Source: Octopus bimaculoides | Taxonomy: Eukaryota | Assembly: GCF_001194135.2 (NCBI RefSeq) | Contig: NC_068981.1 | Span: 152,997,814 to 153,061,813 of the forward strand | Direction: 5' to 3' | DNA length: 64,000 nt | In this document: one piece after another, positions 11,131 through 24,024 of the stretch | Layout of the letters: the number at the start of each line of letters is the position of its first letter | Numbering within the stretch: the first letter of the stretch is position 1 | The notes under the pieces: generated by a model | What the model saw: only the letters and a program-made list of their open reading frames with translations | What the model was told of the DNA's origin: nothing | Databases searched by the model: none | Made by a program: the position numbers and the translations under genes

Positions 11131-14027
11131 TTTACACATATATTTAATTCTTTCTACTATAGGCACAAGTCCTGAAATTTTGTTGGGGAGAGGGCCTGTC
11201 AATTAGATCGACTCCAGTATGCAACTGGTACTTAATTTATCAACCCCGAAAGGATGAAACGCAAAGTCGACCTCAGCAGAATTTGAACTCAGAATATAAA
11301 GACAGACGAAATACCGCTAAGCATTTCGCCCGACATGTTAATGATTCTGCCAGTTCACTGCCTTTAACTGTCACAATATAGAAACATTTCTCATGGCACC
11401 AGCACACAATTTACAGATGCTTACATTTTTTATATTTTCCATGAATTTTTGACAGGTCCGGCTAGTTAAAATATTTTACTAAATCTGTTTGCAAAGAATA
11501 ATTATTTTATACTTTCTTCATCTTCTTTCTCATCTTTTTTGTCATCTTAAGTGTTGCAAATCCTTCTCCTGTCTCTGTGGATGAGCCAATGAAATGGTGA
11601 ATGCCATATTCAAACTGGGGCTCAGAAAAAAAAAAAAATAGAGATTTACATTTTTTATATATATTTTGGTAAATTCTACTATTAATAATTTCTATTCATT
11701 TTCCTTAGACTAATTTCAAGCATTAAAAGAACTATTTCATGTGAAATAAATTTTGCCCAGATAATTTTTATCTTTAATACTTTGTCTTGTTAAAAGTCCT
11801 TTGTGTGTAGTCACTTCTGAGTTCCTGTAAAAAAAAAAAAATATTTTGAATGTCATTAAAAAGAAGAGTCAAATAGTGACAATTTGTTTTGTTGAAAGTT
11901 GAAACTTTTATTCTTTTCAATTTAAGTTGTTATTTGATATTCTCTAAATTAAAAATTTAGTTTAGGTATTCTTCAGTTGAGTTCTTTTGTCAAATTGTGA
12001 ACAACTTCATACAGTGTTTTCTTTTGCATATATTTTTAGCATAAATCATCAAATTTGATCATATTATGAAGACTAATGATTATTTTTATTGTGTAATGTG
12101 AGAACCTGAGGGAACAAAGGTGAACTGTTATCATATCTGTATAGACATAAACTTAAAAATAGTCATTATCATAATTTTGTGATTGAGCCTTAAACTCCAC
12201 TATTATTTTTTGGAGGGTGGAGAGTTCATTTCTTGAGAAAGCAGAATTAAAATTACCTCAGGGAGATTTTGATCATTTTACAACTCTTTTCAATTTATCT
12301 ACCATGGCTTTGTAATGAAAATGGAATGGTGTAGAATATTACAGCTCATCCTTACGAGTGTTTACACTACTGTTCATCCTTAAGGGTGTTTTGTTATTTT
12401 TTATAATATTTATATATTTGATATCTAAATCAAGTGTTCATCTCGTGTAATGAAAATGCATAAATCATTAAACACAGTGATTGCCACTTCTCTGATAATT
12501 TGTTTTATACTGGCAATAGGTTTTGAATTAGTACTGAGCTATTAAGGGTTTGGTCAAAGAAATCTTGGAATTGTGTAATCTTTAAAACACTGCATTAGCT
12601 GAAAACAATAACGGTGTTACATTCAGATAGAGTATAAATTAACTAACTGTAAAAAAATGTTTATAGTTATCCGGTTTGAAAATACAAGACAAAAAAATCT
12701 ATGAAGTTTATGAAAAAGATTTTTTGAAAAAAATTTATTTATGAAAATGGAATTCACTTATTTCTCGTTTCCTATATTTCCTTTACTTCACTTTTATGAA
12801 ACTCGAGCAAGTGTTTTGTAATCAGATAATGTCACCCATGTCAGTTATAAAGTAAGCTTAGCATTGGTTCTTTAGCAAGCCAACTTAAGACTTGGATTGA
12901 ATAGATCTGAACTTCATAAAAAAATTATAGCAAATCAATAAATCAAAGTTGAAACATTATTGAAAACAGCTTGTTGTTCAACTAAAAATCTTGAAAGTAG
13001 TGCCCCAGTATAGCTGCAGTCTAATAAATGAAATCAATAGAAAGTAAAGGAATAAGGTATCCATCCATTCATCCATTTTTGCCCACTATTCCTGGCAGGG
13101 TTGTTGGGGAACTATCAGAAACAACTGTGATCAGTCTTTGGGAATCCCGTTGGATTCTCAAGCATGATCCATGCAAACTATGGACGTTATCCAACCTTCT
13201 TGCTCATGGTCTACCCCTGGGACTCTTCTCCTCTCAAGGTATAAAATTATTTAAGAAAAATTATTTTGGTAGATATTTATATGTGTTCCAGGACTACATT
13301 ATTGAATGTGATTCTCATTGGTCAAAGTAAGTCACATGATAAAATCAGTGACTGGGCAAAAATGTCATTACTGTAGCTGTAGTGCTATGGTGTCATGGAA
13401 AGCACTAATCCAGACTTGATTTTTAAAGGACAGCTGCTTGACAGTGCTTGTTGGCCATAAATTTGAATCTGTAGTCCAGGTATAATTGGGTGTATGGAAG
13501 CTGTTAAAAAGAAATTGTTTCTGGTCTCTGATCAAGTGTTATCACTGGTTGTTTTAAAACATGACAAATCTCAGCCAATGAGTATTGGCCTAACTGGTCT
13601 GTTAGACTTACACACATCCATTAACTAAATATTACCTGAACATCTCTGGAGTTCGACTTCACTGAGTAGCAGTGGAGTAAATCAACTGATTTCTAATTAT
13701 TTTCACACAGAGATACAGTCTCTCTCTTTGGATCCAAAATAAGAACATTCAGTTTGTTTGGTCAGCTGAATGATCTGCTAACCGAAATAACATGAGAAGT
13801 GGCTGAATATTCCACAGATACATGAACCTTTAATGTAATAGAATCAGTGTGATATGGCTAGACCTTTGAATTGAGTACAGTCCACCCTGAAAATTTTTAT
13901 GTAGTTTCCATTGTTCAATTTCACTAAGCTTGGATCAACCCAAGGTGACGCACAATGGGATTGGAACTGGGACCTTGTAGTTGCAAGTGAATTTCTTAGC
14001 CTGTCAGCTATAGCTGCTTATATGCAT

Positions 14028-14061
<34 letters not shown>

Positions 14062-14339
14062 ACATAAAATCTATGGTGTATGTTTTGCTTGCTACTATTT
14101 TATATGCAATCAACTGTTTTACAAGAGTCTTCACACTTTAACTGTGAAGAAATTTGACTTTCAAAACAGATATTCCATTGCTTTTAGTTAACATTTTTTG
14201 AATCATCTTTTTATATGACCGGTATCAAGTGATAGTGGCAGTGGAGGAAACTCTTCTAATTTAAAGGCAACCGCATCGTATTTGATCACCGTTAAATATG
14301 CTAAAGATCAGATCAGTATTCTCAAAAGAAGGAAAAATA

Positions 14340-14506
14340 AGACAACTTTTATTGATTTTATTTACATTTATTTTCTGTCTTTTCTGTTTCACTTTGCACA
14401 GTTTACTACAGCATACATATCTATACTCTAGTAACATTGTTATCGTCTGTCTGTACAACCTTCTACGTCATTTATGTTTTCCTTCTAGTATCATCTTTAA
14501 CCTTTG

Positions 14507-14593
<87 letters not shown>

Positions 14594-14984
14594 CTTACTA
14601 TATATTTCTCTTTCTTTTGTGTGTGTTTCTATCCTAGTAACATATTTAATCTCTGTCGTCCACATATCTTCCTACATATTCCATGATTATGCTTTAACCT
14701 TTATCCACTCATCTTTCTACATCTTTTCTGTTTATATTCTAATATCATCTTTAACATTTAACTGCAAATTATTGTACGTCTTTTCTCCTTCATATTGTTT
14801 CAGATCATTTTCTTAGATTTTTCCTTTCTATTTGTTCCCCGCCTTAGTTTCTTTCATCTTCATAAAATTCCCTCCTCATTTTATGAAAACTTTTGTCATG
14901 AGAATTGTTTGCTATCTCTTTCCTATCTATTCCATTATCCTCATTAAATGCCATTGATTTTTGTTGTTCTTTCTTTGCTTTCTT

Positions 14985-15020
<36 letters not shown>

Positions 15021-15540
15021 TCTTTGTGTCTACTTTGGTTCGTTCATAACTTTTCGACTTCATATTTTCTTTAATTCTCTCTGAATTTTGATTATAATAT
15101 TTTCATAGTTCCTTTGGAATGCTTTTCTTTATATCTTTATATTCACTTCAAGTCTCCTTCCTCAAATTATACTGTTTCACTTTCAGACCCTTTCTTCCTT
15201 CAACGTTGTCTTCCATTCTCTATCGCCTCCTTTTTATCATCTAGATTCTTCCCACTCACTCATTGTAGTCTTCGCTTTTTCCTTCTCTCCTGCAACTGTA
15301 GTACAAACTTTTTTCCCCACTTCCTTTCCTAATGCTCTCTTACTATTTTTTCCTCATATTTTCAATGCTCTCTGTTCCTTCTGGCCCCACACACATTCCA
15401 TGCATGCACATACATACTTATGCATACACACATGCAATCATTCACAAGCTTTCTCCCTTTGCCCTTTTTCTAAACAATTTTATTATCTCAATACGTTTTG
15501 TTAATTTGCCAAAACTTTTCTCCACTCTTCAACATGCTCC
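14340..15540 (+). repeat. Pyrimidine-skewed low-complexity block
   Basis: Very G-poor + strand, including poly-T at 14987-15019. Similar blocks at 16520-17200, 40100-40520, 42180-42460, 45040-45430 and 58060-58330. Confidence 0.8.
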
Positions 15541-15977
15541 TTAATCCTGATCCCATTACAATTTATGCAAGTTATTAGGCAGAGTTATTACATATATATG
15601 TGTGTGTGTGTGTGTGTTTTCCCCCTGCTGAAAATAGGGCTCCATCAGGGTACCTAACTATACAACTTCCCATAATGACACCTCCACTTCTCTCACCTTG
15701 ATGTTCCGGCAATGTCCAATCCCTTTCATTTTGTTCAGTTGCTCCATTCCTGGGACTAATGAAAATTAACATCTTTTTGCTACTTCTTAACATTACATCC
15801 AAGAAAAATGTTTGCCAATTCTTCTCAGTTTTTCTGATATATAAGAAATATATATAGTATATTTATGTGTATGTATGTATATATACAAATATATATATAT
15901 ATATATACACATATATATATATATGTATATATATATATATGTGTGTGTGTATGTATATATATATATGTGTATATATA

Positions 15978-16017
<40 letters not shown>

Positions 16018-16231
16018 ACACACACACACACACACAGAAAGTTAATGAACACTATTTTAGGCTTCTGACCAAACTTTTAAGCGTTTGCATGATTTTTGTT
16101 TGCTTATTTTTTAATATATTTTCTTTTTCTTCTCAGTTTGTGTGTGTGTGTGTGTGTGGATGATTGCCTCTTTTATATTAGTTCCAGCTAAGGAAAACAT
16201 CAATAAATTTTTGGAAGTTCTGAATGTTCCA

Positions 16232-16266
<35 letters not shown>

Positions 16267-18159
16267 AACACCAAACAGCCCCAAAATCTTGCAACTTATC
16301 TCAACTACATAAAAGAGTTGAATGGATGTGGGGAAAAAAAAAAAGAATATAAAATTAATTATGCTATATTAGTAAATTACTAAATTTCTGATGTTGCAAA
16401 TCTAACATTTGGATTAAATTGGTTATTTCATCTCACGGAAAATGTTCGTCCTTAATATTTGAGCCATTTTTATAGTATAGGATGATGTGGTAAAAATTTC
16501 ATAAAAAGATCATTTCTCTTTTTTCTTTTTCCTTTTTTTATTTGTTAAATTCTCCACAAAATCACCACCTAGGAATTGATTCCACGCTTTCAATTTTTGG
16601 CCACATATTTTCAAAGTTATTGGTTACATATGCCATTTGCTTCTCTGACTCTTAGATTATCTTCATTATTTTTCATACACCCTTTCTTTCTCTACTTTAT
16701 ATCATTTACTCCCCCAACTTTTTTTTCTTTATATTTCACTCACTCTTTCTCTCCTGCATCCATTCGTCTTGTCTTCTTTTAAAACTCATCTACATTACAC
16801 TTTTGTTTTTATTCTCCTCGCACTCTTCATCTTTACTTTCCCTATATTAACATTTACTAGCATCATATCCTATATATTCTGTCTTTTACTGCATTTTTAT
16901 TTTATTTTTATCCATTATTTTTACATTTTAAGCTTCATGTTAGGTGTAAAATCCTGACTTCCTATTTTTATTGCCCATCACCTCTGATGTGTGGTTTGTT
17001 TTGTTTGTTTCTTTCTTTAATTTCTTTCCCTTTGCTTCTCTCTTTCACTTACTAACTCTCTCCTTCCTCAAACTTTACACTCCCACTCTCACTATGTTTT
17101 CCTCTCCTTCTCTCTTCATACCCTCTCTCTCTCTCTCTCTCTCTCCACTTCCACCTTGCCTAATTCCTCTCATCACATCAAAGGAAACCACTGACAGTTA
17201 TTTTAAATCCTAACTCTTTCATATCTCTCTAGTTGACAGATTAGCTTAATTTTCTGCTGTAATTTCTTATTTTATTCATTTATATTTTTCCCTAATATTC
17301 ATACACACAAGATTATCTCATAAAAGAAGGGGGAGCCAAAAACAAAAAAAAAAGGAATAAATAAATAAATAAATAAATAACTGGTGATATCAGAATACAC
17401 AAAAGATTTTATGTGTCCCCTTTGCTCTTAAAGCCATTTGAGGTATTAAGGTTATAAAAAATTTACAAATTACACTAATTTAACTGTCTTTTTCTCTTTA
17501 ATTTGGAATTTTTCAAAAGCTCTAATGTTGCCCTATTTCTCAAAGAAATGCTCTCTTTTCCTTTCTTTCCTGATTTTTCTCTTTCTGTGAATTTGCATAG
17601 GCCCACCATTTTCTAATGGAATAAAAATTCTTGCAGTATTGACGTATTAGTGAGTCTAATACTTTAGTGCCTATCTTAATGTGGCAATATGTGTTTATAT
17701 GCCTGTGTCTCTCTGTCTGTCTATGTGCATGTGTCTTTACATGAATAAACATGTTATACATATTCATTCACATTTGTGTTTTCTGATATTCATATGGAGT
17801 CCTGTCTTGATCACAGTTTTTGTCCTTCACAGTTGGTATAGTCTTGCTCAAAACAGAGTCATCTAACAACTTGAGTTTTGCTGTGCTTCTGAGCCCTTTT
17901 TTGCATATTCATATTTACTACCCATTCGGCAGTGCATCCACACTAAACGCTTGCTCAATAGCTGGGAATTGAAGAGCCGTTTAATGAGAAAATGGAGATT
18001 TGAAACAACAGTGTTCTTTGATACTCTCTTATCACTGAGCAGGAAAATGTTCACTACTAGACTAATTTATATTCACTATTGATTGAAGTATCATTTTGTT
18101 CTGGTTACAAAAAAAAGACTTTTTTTGTGCTTTGTTTTAACATAAATTTGCTCTCTCTT

Positions 18160-18203
18160 TTTCTCTCTGTCTCTCTCTCTCTGTCTCTCTCTCTCTGTCT
18201 CTC

Positions 18204-18265
<62 letters not shown>
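18160..18265. repeat. (CT)n/(CTGT) compound microsatellite followed by (CA)n
   Basis: Direct reading. Confidence 0.95.
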
Positions 18266-18267
<2 letters not shown>

Positions 18268-18654
18268 TCATGCACTCTCTGGAAGCACACTTCATTTTGT
18301 GTCAACTGAAAAATGGGCCCTCTCCTTGACCCTGTTAACTACTGCCTTATCACCTTCACATCCAACATGTCAAAAATAGGATATTAGTTAAGAATTACTT
18401 CCTTCATCATTTCCAGTATCTCTTCCCTTGATAAACTATCAGAGTTTCCCTTGGGTCCAGTTTTACTGAAGATTTTCTTTCTTATATCATTCACCAATGG
18501 TACCTGACCCTTGAGCGTTTCAACAGAAAAGTGTTTTTCCACTTGACATCAGCAAATGTTTATCTATACAACCATGCTAGAAATAAGAATCAAATTTTCT
18601 CCATATCACATTTTACCATTTGAAAAAAAAGGATGGAAAGTGTAGTCCTAAATA

Positions 18655-18985
18655 CACTGTCATGTGGTTAGAACATCAGGCTTGCAATCACAAGGTTGTG
18701 AGTTTGATTCCCAGACTGGGCTGTATGTTGTGTTCTTGAGCAAGACACTTTATTTCGTATTGTTTCAGTTCACTCAGCTGTAGAAATGAGTTGCGACATC
18801 ACTGGTGCCAAGTTGTATTGACCTTTGCTTTTACCTTGCATAACATGTGGCATAGAGAGGGGTGGTTGGTATGCATGGGCGACTGCTGGTCTCCCATAAA
18901 CAACCTTGCCTAGACTTGAGCCTTGAAGGGTTACTTTCTTGGTGCAATCCCATGGTCATTCATGATCAAAGTGGGGTCTTTACCC
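18655..18985 (+). mobile_element. SINE family D (tRNA-like head)
   Basis: Runs gtggttagaacatcaggcttgcaatcacaaggttgtgagtttgattcccagactggg...gagcaagacactttatttc...ccataaacaaccttgcc. Inverted homologues at 10800-11130 and 46775-47070; variant or partial copies at 1766-1995, 25125-25245(-) and 60160-60260. Confidence 0.8.
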
Positions 18986-19732
18986 TATACCTAAATACAC
19001 TGAATAAAAGATGTGAAGGTCACAAAATACACTTGATCATAGGTATGTGTGATCAGAACTATATTTGATCAGAGCTGATCTAGGATTAATCAAAAAATTA
19101 CTTTTAATGTGATTTTCTTCATATTAATTAGAGTAGTCTCTGCACTTATGTTGATGAAAATATTGTTAGTAATATCTACCATGTAATGAATAAATGATGA
19201 ACCAAATTCACTCAGATGTGATTTATTTACAAAACAATAAATTTAATCAAATGGTTAATAGAATTACTGACCTAAATTTTCTCTTGTGAATTTCTAATTT
19301 TGATTCTTTCAAAAATTTTGGAAGTGATTGTTTGGTATTAAGCCAGCTCTGTATATACTGAAAAGCATTCAAGCTATCTTCATTTCATCTATTTCTTAGG
19401 TGATATGATTCTGGGGTCACATTGTCCAATGTGCTCTTCTTTTAAGACAGTTGGAGTAATTTGAATGAGATTTAGTTGCTATTTCTAACAAATTGAGCAA
19501 CCAAGTAGTGTTTCCCCTATTGGCTCAATGTGGTAGGTATTTTACTACAGCATCCCATTTTTAAGCACCAAACGCTTTTATGATCAAATACTTGACTGAC
19601 ATTATCTGTATTGCTGTTTGAAGTAACTTCACTCAATCTCAGCAGACAAACTATTTAACTTTTTCTCATTAAATTTTCTTAATTTTACTTTTGACAAATC
19701 TAATTTTGATTTTATACAATTATTTTCTGCAG

Positions 19733-19814
19733 ATGTGCTTAGAATTTGGGATTCACTACTGTCTGATGAGAAACGGTTTCGTTTTCTTATTACGATCTGC
19801 TGTGCCATGTTAAT
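19733..19814 (+). CDS. TBC1D13: TBC1D13 internal coding exon (C-terminal part of TBC/Rab-GAP domain)
   Basis: Acceptor tattttctgcAG (19731-32) and donor AT|GTAAGT (19815). The 82 nt read (D)VLRIWDSLLSDEKRFRFLITICCAML, matching my recollection of human TBC1D13 DVIRIWDSLFADDNRFDFLLLVCCAMLM. Enters in phase 1, exits in phase 2. Confidence 0.95.
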
Positions 19815-20074
19815 GTAAGTCTACTTTTATTTGTTGTGTTCTGAATAATCATGCTTTATTTTAAATATACAGTCTGTATATGTTTTAAATGTTTGTTGAT
19901 CATTAGATAAGATAAATGCCAATTAAATATTTGTTAATTACAGTTTCTTATATTAGGATTAGTTTATTTTATTTTCAACATGGAATTGTAGTGAGGTGAG
20001 AAAAGAATTTGTTGATCTGTAACGAAAATATATGGAAATCAAATGGATGATGCCAAACTAAAGCATATTCCATA

Positions 20075-20482
20075 GGCATAGGCGTGGCTGTGTGGTAGGA
20101 AACTTACTTCCTAACCACATGTTTCTGGGTTCTGTCCCACTGCATGGCACCTTCGACAAGTGTCTTCTACTATAGCCTCAGGCTGACCAATGCCTTGTGA
20201 GTGGATTTCGTACATGGAAACTGAAAGAAGCCTGTTGTGTATATATATATATATATATATTTATTTATTTCTGTGTGTGTTTGTCCCCCACCACCTCTTA
20301 ACAACTGGTGTAGGTTTGTTTATGTCCTTGTAACTTAGCAGTTTGGCAAAAAGAGACCGATAGAGTAAGTACCAGGCATTAAAAAAATAAGTACTGGTGT
20401 TGATTCATTGGACTAAACGTTCTTCAAGGTGGTACCCTGCCATGGCTGCAGTCTAATGACTGAAACAAGTAAAAGATAAAAG
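20075..20482 (+). mobile_element. SINE family B, full-length
   Basis: Collinear similarity to 2441-2927. Confidence 0.85.
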
Positions 20483-21223
20483 GTGTAGTTAGCTTTTACA
20501 AAAAATTTAAATGTGTTTAAGACAAGAAGAAATGCTGTTAATTCAAGAAACAGCTGTAGATACCACTTTAATGTAGCTTCAAGTAATTATCTTTTGATTG
20601 TTGTTAATAGTGATAAGAATTTCAAATTTTGGCACAAGACCAGCAATTTTAGTGGGTGAGTGATAAGTTGATTATCTCGACCCCAGTGTTCAACTGGTAC
20701 TTATTTTATCAACCCTGAAAGGATAAACAGCGATGTCAGCCTTGGCAGAATTTGAACTCAAAACCTAAAGACAGATGAAATCCTGCTAAGCATTTTGCCT
20801 GGTGTGCTAACGGTTCAGCTAGCTCGCCACTTTGGTAGTTTATAGTAATAATACTATTAATTATTTCTAATTAGTTTTGTAATGCTGCTTGCATTTCATA
20901 TGTTAACACTAACCTAACTTTTTTTTTCATGCAACTGGCATCTCTAAATTACTTATTCTTAAAGAATTGTAGATTTCTCCATAACAAATGTACAAAGACC
21001 AAAAAATGTCCAGTCAGTATTTTCCTGTGCACTTGCTGTAATAATGAAAATATTAGTAATAAACCAATTGTTTTTCCCACTACTGTGTAGCACTTTGGGG
21101 TGGGGTGTATTGAAACATTTTTGGTGGGGCAAATGTTCATTGTATATGCCATCAAATATGTTACTTAATCCTTACTGTGTCTTATAAAATTTATAATATT
21201 TGTTTTATCTTTCAAATGTTTAG

Positions 21224-21281
21224 ACTCCTTCGTAGTGATATACTCAAAGATGATTTTCCTACCAATATGAAGTTACTTCAG
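21224..21281 (+). CDS. TBC1D13: TBC1D13 coding exon
   Basis: Acceptor aaatgtttAG and donor CAG|GTGAGT. The 58 nt exon is phase-compatible with the previous one (AT|A = Ile) and reads LLRSDILKDDFPTNMKLLQ; human recalled as LIREQLLEGDFTVNMRLLQ. Confidence 0.95.
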
Positions 21282-21954
21282 GTGAGTTCATTTTACATTT
21301 TTGTCCCCTACCCCATGGTAGAGTAGGCCAATTCATTTAATGTCTTCATTAAATTTTCAGATCAACTAAATGATAATAAAGAAGAAATATCATCACAAAT
21401 CTCTAATGTGTCTTGTAGGGATACTAATGGACTCCACATGATGACCTGTCTAGAAATAGTTGTCAAGCCACCCTCAAAAAGCATCTTACTATTTTGAAAA
21501 AAAATTTTGGTTGCAACTATAGACACACTAATGACATCATTATCATTGTTATTTTAACGTCTACTTTCCCATACTTGCATAGATCCAACAAAAGTACATT
21601 GGGGTAGGGCTTTCTACAGCTGGATACCTTTCCTGATGCCAACCTCCACCTGATTCCAAGTGAGATAATAATCCTTTAGTCAACTGAACAACAAACAGCC
21701 TCTGGACGTTTATGTAGAGAACTAGAAACAAACGCCACTGTATGAATGAGACTTTTGTTTACAAAGCTTGCGCAATGATGTCAAGAAGCCTGGACAGGCT
21801 TTTGTGGTGAGTTACCCACAAACAACACAGTCAGTGAGCACTGATGTTTACAACCAATGAACATATGTGAAGATGAGGGGAAATACAAACTCACTCATAC
21901 AAAAACACATACATACACAGGCACATACAAAAAATATTTGCATGTGAACATTTG

Positions 21955-22275
21955 TTCACATGCTTTAAGTTTCTGTCTACCAAATTCACTCACAAGCTTT
22001 GGCCGGTCCAGTGTTATTGTAGAAGAAACTTGCCCAAGGTGCCACTCACTGGGACTGAATTCAAAACCTCATGGTCCAGAAGCAAACTTCTTAACCACAT
22101 ACCCATATCCTACACACACACACATATACGATAGGCTTCTTTTAGTTTCCGTCTATCAAATCTACTCACAAGACTTTGGCTGGCCCAAGGCTATAGTAGA
22201 AGACACTTGCCCAAGGTGCTATGCAGTGGGACTGAATCCGGAACCATGCGGTTGGGAAGCAAGCTTCTTCTTAAT
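21955..22275 (-). mobile_element. Two tandem inverted 5' halves of SINE family B
   Basis: The run ...actcacaag(a)ctttggc...tagaaga..cttgcccaaggtgc...gtgggactgaa... occurs twice (about 21960-22105 and 22131-22272). Confidence 0.8.
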
Positions 22276-23810
22276 ACACACACACATATATATTTATATA
22301 AAAACACAGATATGCACACACACACACACATTTATAAACACGCATATGCATGCATGCACACACAAGCATGTGTGAGTGCGCACACACACACGTTGGTTAC
22401 TGACATAAAGTAACACCATATTTCTCAGAATACACTGTGTTAAGGATGTAACCATACAATGTAAAGGTTGCTCATAGAAAAAGGTTCTTTATACTTCATC
22501 TTATGATCAATAGAAATCTAAAAGCTACATTTATAACAACCTTAAGATTTTGCCTTTGTTTTCTGTTGTGATCTTTGTCTTTTTTTCTTATTTTTCTCTT
22601 CATTTTCATATATTTCCCTCCCTCCCTCCATTCATTCTCGTCCTTACATGCTCACCATCACTGTCCTAGTGACTGTTAACTCATAATCTCTCCTTTCTTT
22701 TTCTCTCCTCCTTCTTTGAAAAATGTAAAAAGAAAAAAAAAAATTCTGTTTCATTATCTTGGTTGATGTCTGTGGTACCATTCAACTGATATATATATTG
22801 TTGTATAAGACATAGGTAGGTAGGTAAGTTAGATCAGCTGTTTAAAACCTGAACAAATCACCATTGTCTTCACTTACTGTGTAGTAAGTAAACCAACTTT
22901 TCCTATCATTTGACCACAATTATTCCAATCCCTCCACCGTTGCAACTTCCTTTGTGTCTTCTTTCTATATCTGGTCTCTAGGAAAGCTAACCTTTGTCTT
23001 TCCCAAGATTCTCCTTTTCTTTTTCTTTCTTAAATCTTTGTCTTTCTATTTTACTTCTATTTTTATTTTTTATACATGCACTGTACTCTAGCTTTTCTTC
23101 TGGCCAAAATATATGCTTCTTTCGTTTTTTAAAGAAATTTTTTCTTTTGTAATATTGAAATTGTCTGCAGTCTACTGTACAGCCTGCTGCAGATACAAGT
23201 GTCATTGCCTGACCTTTCATTTGTTCTGCTGCTCGCCATTCTCCATTGACAAGAGCAGCAGTGTAAATAGGTAGGGATGACTTGTAGAAGGTCAACTGTT
23301 TTTATATTGCTAATAGAGGTGTGGGCTGAGTTGGAGAGGTGGAGTAGCAAATATTATTGTATCACCTCGGTAGAAAAAAGGTTAATGTGTATAGGCATGT
23401 TAAGGAAATACATGATAATGTTGATAACTATTACTGTTGTTGCCATGAGGGAACAAGAAAATAATATTAAGACAATGTATTAGATGCAATCCCAGCATCT
23501 GAGTAACAGAGTTGTACCTGATGTTATAGTAAAAAGTTCACACGCATCCAAGACCTGTGTCTGAAATACTGTATGAGGATACAAAACTGATTTTTAGGTG
23601 CTGGTAACAGAGGTTGTCTTTCAAAATTCAAAGATTTATTTTTTTAGGGATCGATCAGATTCTGATATTCACTTACCCCTCCTTGCTTCTCTGAGCCATG
23701 GACTGATGAACTGACTGGCCATCTCTTATGTATGCCCTGCATACATCGTGGGCATGTGGTCACTTGACCTGCTAGAGATAGCTGCCAAACTCCTTCAAAT
23801 TACACACCTT

Positions 23811-24024
23811 TAATCCTTTACTCTGGTAAATGTAATGCTTAACTATTGACATTATTTTAAATTAACCATACATTACCTCATAGCTTTGAAATTTTGATGA
23901 TGTGTTTGTTTATTTTTAGAATGACTTTGTAGGGTAGGTATGAGAGACTGGATTTGGCCAGTTTAAATATAAAACAAGTAGAATATTTGGGTTGGATATG
24001 GCCAGTTTAAATGCTAAAGGGTTA
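23811..24024. mobile_element. piggyBac-type MITE (family P2) inserted in a family H element
   Basis: ttaatccttta ... aatgctaaagggttaa, with family H sequence resuming on both sides. Confidence 0.8.

Noticed and set aside
13028-13330. 100-aa plus ORF upstream of the first TBC1D13 exon
   Set aside because: It lacks the expected AFRW/LLSQEF motifs and begins in a SINE tail.
14298-14816. 172-aa ORF and similar YI/HT/SL/CV-repeat ORFs throughout
   Set aside because: Translations of microsatellites and pyrimidine-rich tracts.
15660-15760. Minus-strand AG...AAG|GTGAGA candidate exon (PGMEQLNKMKGIGHCRNIK)
   Set aside because: Weak acceptor, no homology, and linking it to the nested unit would need it to span two TBC1D13 exons. 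It cannot be supported.
22987-23350. Protein-looking minus ORFs (TFYKSSLPIYTAALV..., LLQVIPTYLHCCSCQW...)
   Set aside because: There are stops in all frames just upstream and the 3' half is low complexity. The weak likeness to LYxxLVRPHLEY..W / QRRATK suggests a very decayed LINE, not a gene.
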